DNA of 33,925 nt from Nitrospirota bacterium (GTDB taxonomy: Bacteria > Nitrospirota > UBA9217). The notes beneath the pieces were generated by a model. That model saw only the letters and a program-made list of their open reading frames with translations, did not search any database and was not told the DNA's origin. Location: assembly GCA_963741205.1 (NCBI GenBank), contig CAVUHW010000009.1, positions 1 through 33,925 on the forward strand, read 5' to 3'. The translations under genes were made by a program, and so were the position numbers. Below, in pieces: positions 31,587-33,925 of this stretch; position 1 is the stretch's first letter, and each line of letters starts with the position of its first letter.

Positions 31587-31631
31587 AATACTATGAAAAC
31601 GGATACTATGAGGACGAATACTATGAAGACG
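31587..31631 (+). repeat. 3 x 15-bp tandem repeat, each unit containing an ATG
   Basis: aatactatgaaaacg / gatactatgaggacg / aatactatgaagacg. Confidence 0.85.
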
Positions 31632-33769
31632 GAAAACATCAACCTATTCGTGATCAACCTGATTGTGATTGGTGCGGTAATTCTGGCCTTCGCGCTTTTC
31701 GGATGCAGCAGCGGCAAATCGACGGATACGACAGGCTCGGGGACGATCGATGGGGCCGCTCTCTATAGCAGCGACTGCAGCGGATGTCATGGCTCCCTTG
31801 CCACGAGCGGCAAGAAAGGGGCATCAATATCCCAGATCCAAAATGCGATTGCACATAATATGGGCGGTATGGGGGCCTATACTAACCTCACCACCGATCA
31901 GCTCCAGGCAATCATGACCGCCTTGTCGGCAGCAGGAACGACAAACCCCGCCACAACGAACACAACGAACGCATCGGACACTCCCACCTCGTCAACCGCT
32001 TCGCTCGACGGGGCTGCGCTCTATACGGACAACTGCGCTTCGTGCCACGGTCCGCTTTCCGCAAGCGGCAAGGCCGGCGTAATGGCGTCCGCAATCCAGG
32101 CGGCGATTGCAAACAACAAAGGCGGAATGAGTATGTACTCGAACCTTACGACAGCCCAGCTTCAGGCCATTGCGGACGCGTTAGCGGCAACGCCTGCGCC
32201 AACACCCACGCCCACTCCAACACTGACAGATGGTGCTTCGCTTTACGCGACGTACTGTAGTTCGTGCCACGGCGCCCTTACGACGAGCGGTAAGCGCGGC
32301 GCGACGTCTGCCAGGATCCTGTCCGGCATCAGCAGTGTGAACCTCCATGGGATCCCTCTCAAACCTTACGATAGCTCAGATCCAGGCCATAGCAACCGTG
32401 TTGGGATCGGCGCCCGCGCAGACTCCCACGCCTGCGCCCACGACAAATGACGGGGCTGCGCTCTATGCGGCCAACTGCAGTTCATGCCACGGCCCGCTTG
32501 CCACGAGCGGCAAGTCGGGAGCAACATCGTCCCAGATCCAGAACGGCATTTCCCGCAACTACGGCGGCATGGGACAATTGTCGAATCTCACGACCACTGA
32601 AATCCAGGCCATTGCGACGGCATTAGGTGCAACCCCGGCCTCGGCCCCGACGCCAACACCTTCGCCGACTGACGGGGTTGCGCTCTATGCGTCCAACTGC
32701 AGTTCGTGCCACGGCCAGCTTGCTAACAGCGATAAGAGGAACGCAACGGCCTCTCAGATCCAGACCGGCATCAGCAACGTGAGCGGGATGAGGTCTCTCT
32801 CAAACCTCACGACCACACAGATCCAGGCCATTGCGACGGCATTAGGGACGACACCGGCCCCGGCCCCGACGCCGACACCAACGCCTTCGCCGACTGATGG
32901 GGCTACGCTCTATGCGTCCAACTGCAGTTCGTGCCACGGCCAGCTTGCTAACAGCGATAAGAGGAACGCGACGGCCTCTCAGATCCAGACCGGCATCAGC
33001 AACGTGAGCGGGATGAGGTCTCTCTCAAACCTCACGACCACACAGATCCAGGCCATAGCATCGGCCTTAGGCGACGACACCGACACCAGCGCCGACACCG
33101 ACACCAACGCCTGCTCCGACTGACGGGGCTGCGCTTTACACCACATACTGCAGTTCGTGTCATGGAACGCTGGCCGCGAGCGCCAAGACAGGAAGAACGG
33201 CTACTCAGATCCAGACGGCCATTACCAACGTGAGCGGCATGCGTTCTCTTTCAAATCTCACTGCAACGCAGGTCCAGGCTATTGCTACTGCCCTGGCAAT
33301 TGCGCCGACTCCGGCTCCAACCGACGGCGCAGCGCTCTACAGCAGCAACTGCAGTTCGTGCCACGGCCAGCTTGCCAACAGCGATAAGAGGAATGCAACG
33401 GCTGCTCAGATCCAGACCGGAATCAGCAACGTGAGCGGGATGAGGTCTCTCTCAAACCTCACAACAACGCAGATCCAGGCCATAGCGACGGCCTTAGGCA
33501 CGACACCAGCGCCTACGCCTACACCGACACCTACACCGACACCGGCGTGCGGTTCCTGCCACGCCATCCCGCCTGCGACCGGCCATCACACGTATCATGT
33601 AAACTCGCAAGGGGTGTCGTGCGGCACCTGCCACGGTACGGGCTATAGCAAGACTGCCGTGAATACGGCAACACACAATAACGGCGTGGTAAACATCGCG
33701 AGCACCCCGGGCTGGAACCCGACCTCGCGCTCCTGCTCGAACTCGTGCCACGGTAAGAAGAGCTGGTAG
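31593..33769 (+). CDS. lipoprotein cytochrome c: 8 tandem monoheme domains plus C-terminal 3-heme module; two +1 frameshifts
   Basis: lipobox LFGC; 8 x DGA.LY...CxxCHG...M domains with Pro/Thr linkers; CGSCH, CGTCH, CSNSCH; frameshifts near 32343 and 33073. Confidence 0.9.
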
Positions 33770-33791
33770 TAAGAAATAAGACTGTACCGAG

Positions 33792-33823
33792 CGCCCTGCC
33801 GCAGGGCAGGGCGTCCACTTTTC
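33792..33823 (+). terminator. intrinsic terminator
   Basis: cgccctgcc-gcag-ggcagggcg followed by T-rich tract. Confidence 0.7.
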
Positions 33824-33887
33824 TGTTTTCATAGTAAACACATAACAACGCGCCTTTTTCAGCTCGAGATACATACCAGCTGATAGA

Positions 33888-33925
33888 CGACAATACTAAA
33901 CCATCCGCGAGGGTGGGGCGGAAAA
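33888..33925 (+). promoter_or_regulatory. GEMM-I cyclic dinucleotide riboswitch, 5' half (cut by window edge)
   Basis: CGACAATACTAAACCATCCGCGAGGGTGGGGCGGAAA matches the P1-P2 start of Geobacter-type GEMM-Ib aptamers. Confidence 0.85.

Overview
Accessory-rich mosaic region from an anaerobic bacterium; gene content suggests Nitrospirota or Desulfobacterota (inference only). Coding content includes an ~11-heme NapC/NirT-like cytochrome, an RpoD-like sigma factor, HU, a secreted tandem rhodanese, a DUF4160/DUF2442 toxin-antitoxin pair, a cytochrome P460, a minimal SufC+SufB (SMS-type) Fe-S operon, PilZ/PAS signalling proteins and a large lipoprotein made of 8 tandem monoheme cytochrome c domains, followed by the start of a GEMM-I riboswitch. 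Many genes have single-base frameshifts, probably long-read errors. The most notable signal is non-coding. A family of co-oriented, degenerate ~45-47 bp units with a pseudo-palindromic core (TTCAGGATGAA-like) recurs in the gaps between unrelated gene modules. Two different RNA-guided mobile elements sit in this motif. One is an ORF-less group II intron (6647-7310) whose EBS1 matches the motif. The other is an IS110/IS1111-type element (13176-14790) whose candidate bridge-RNA target loop spells out an unoccupied copy of the motif at 9873-9885. This suggests an uncharacterised recombination-site or cassette system; no cognate recombinase is visible in the window.
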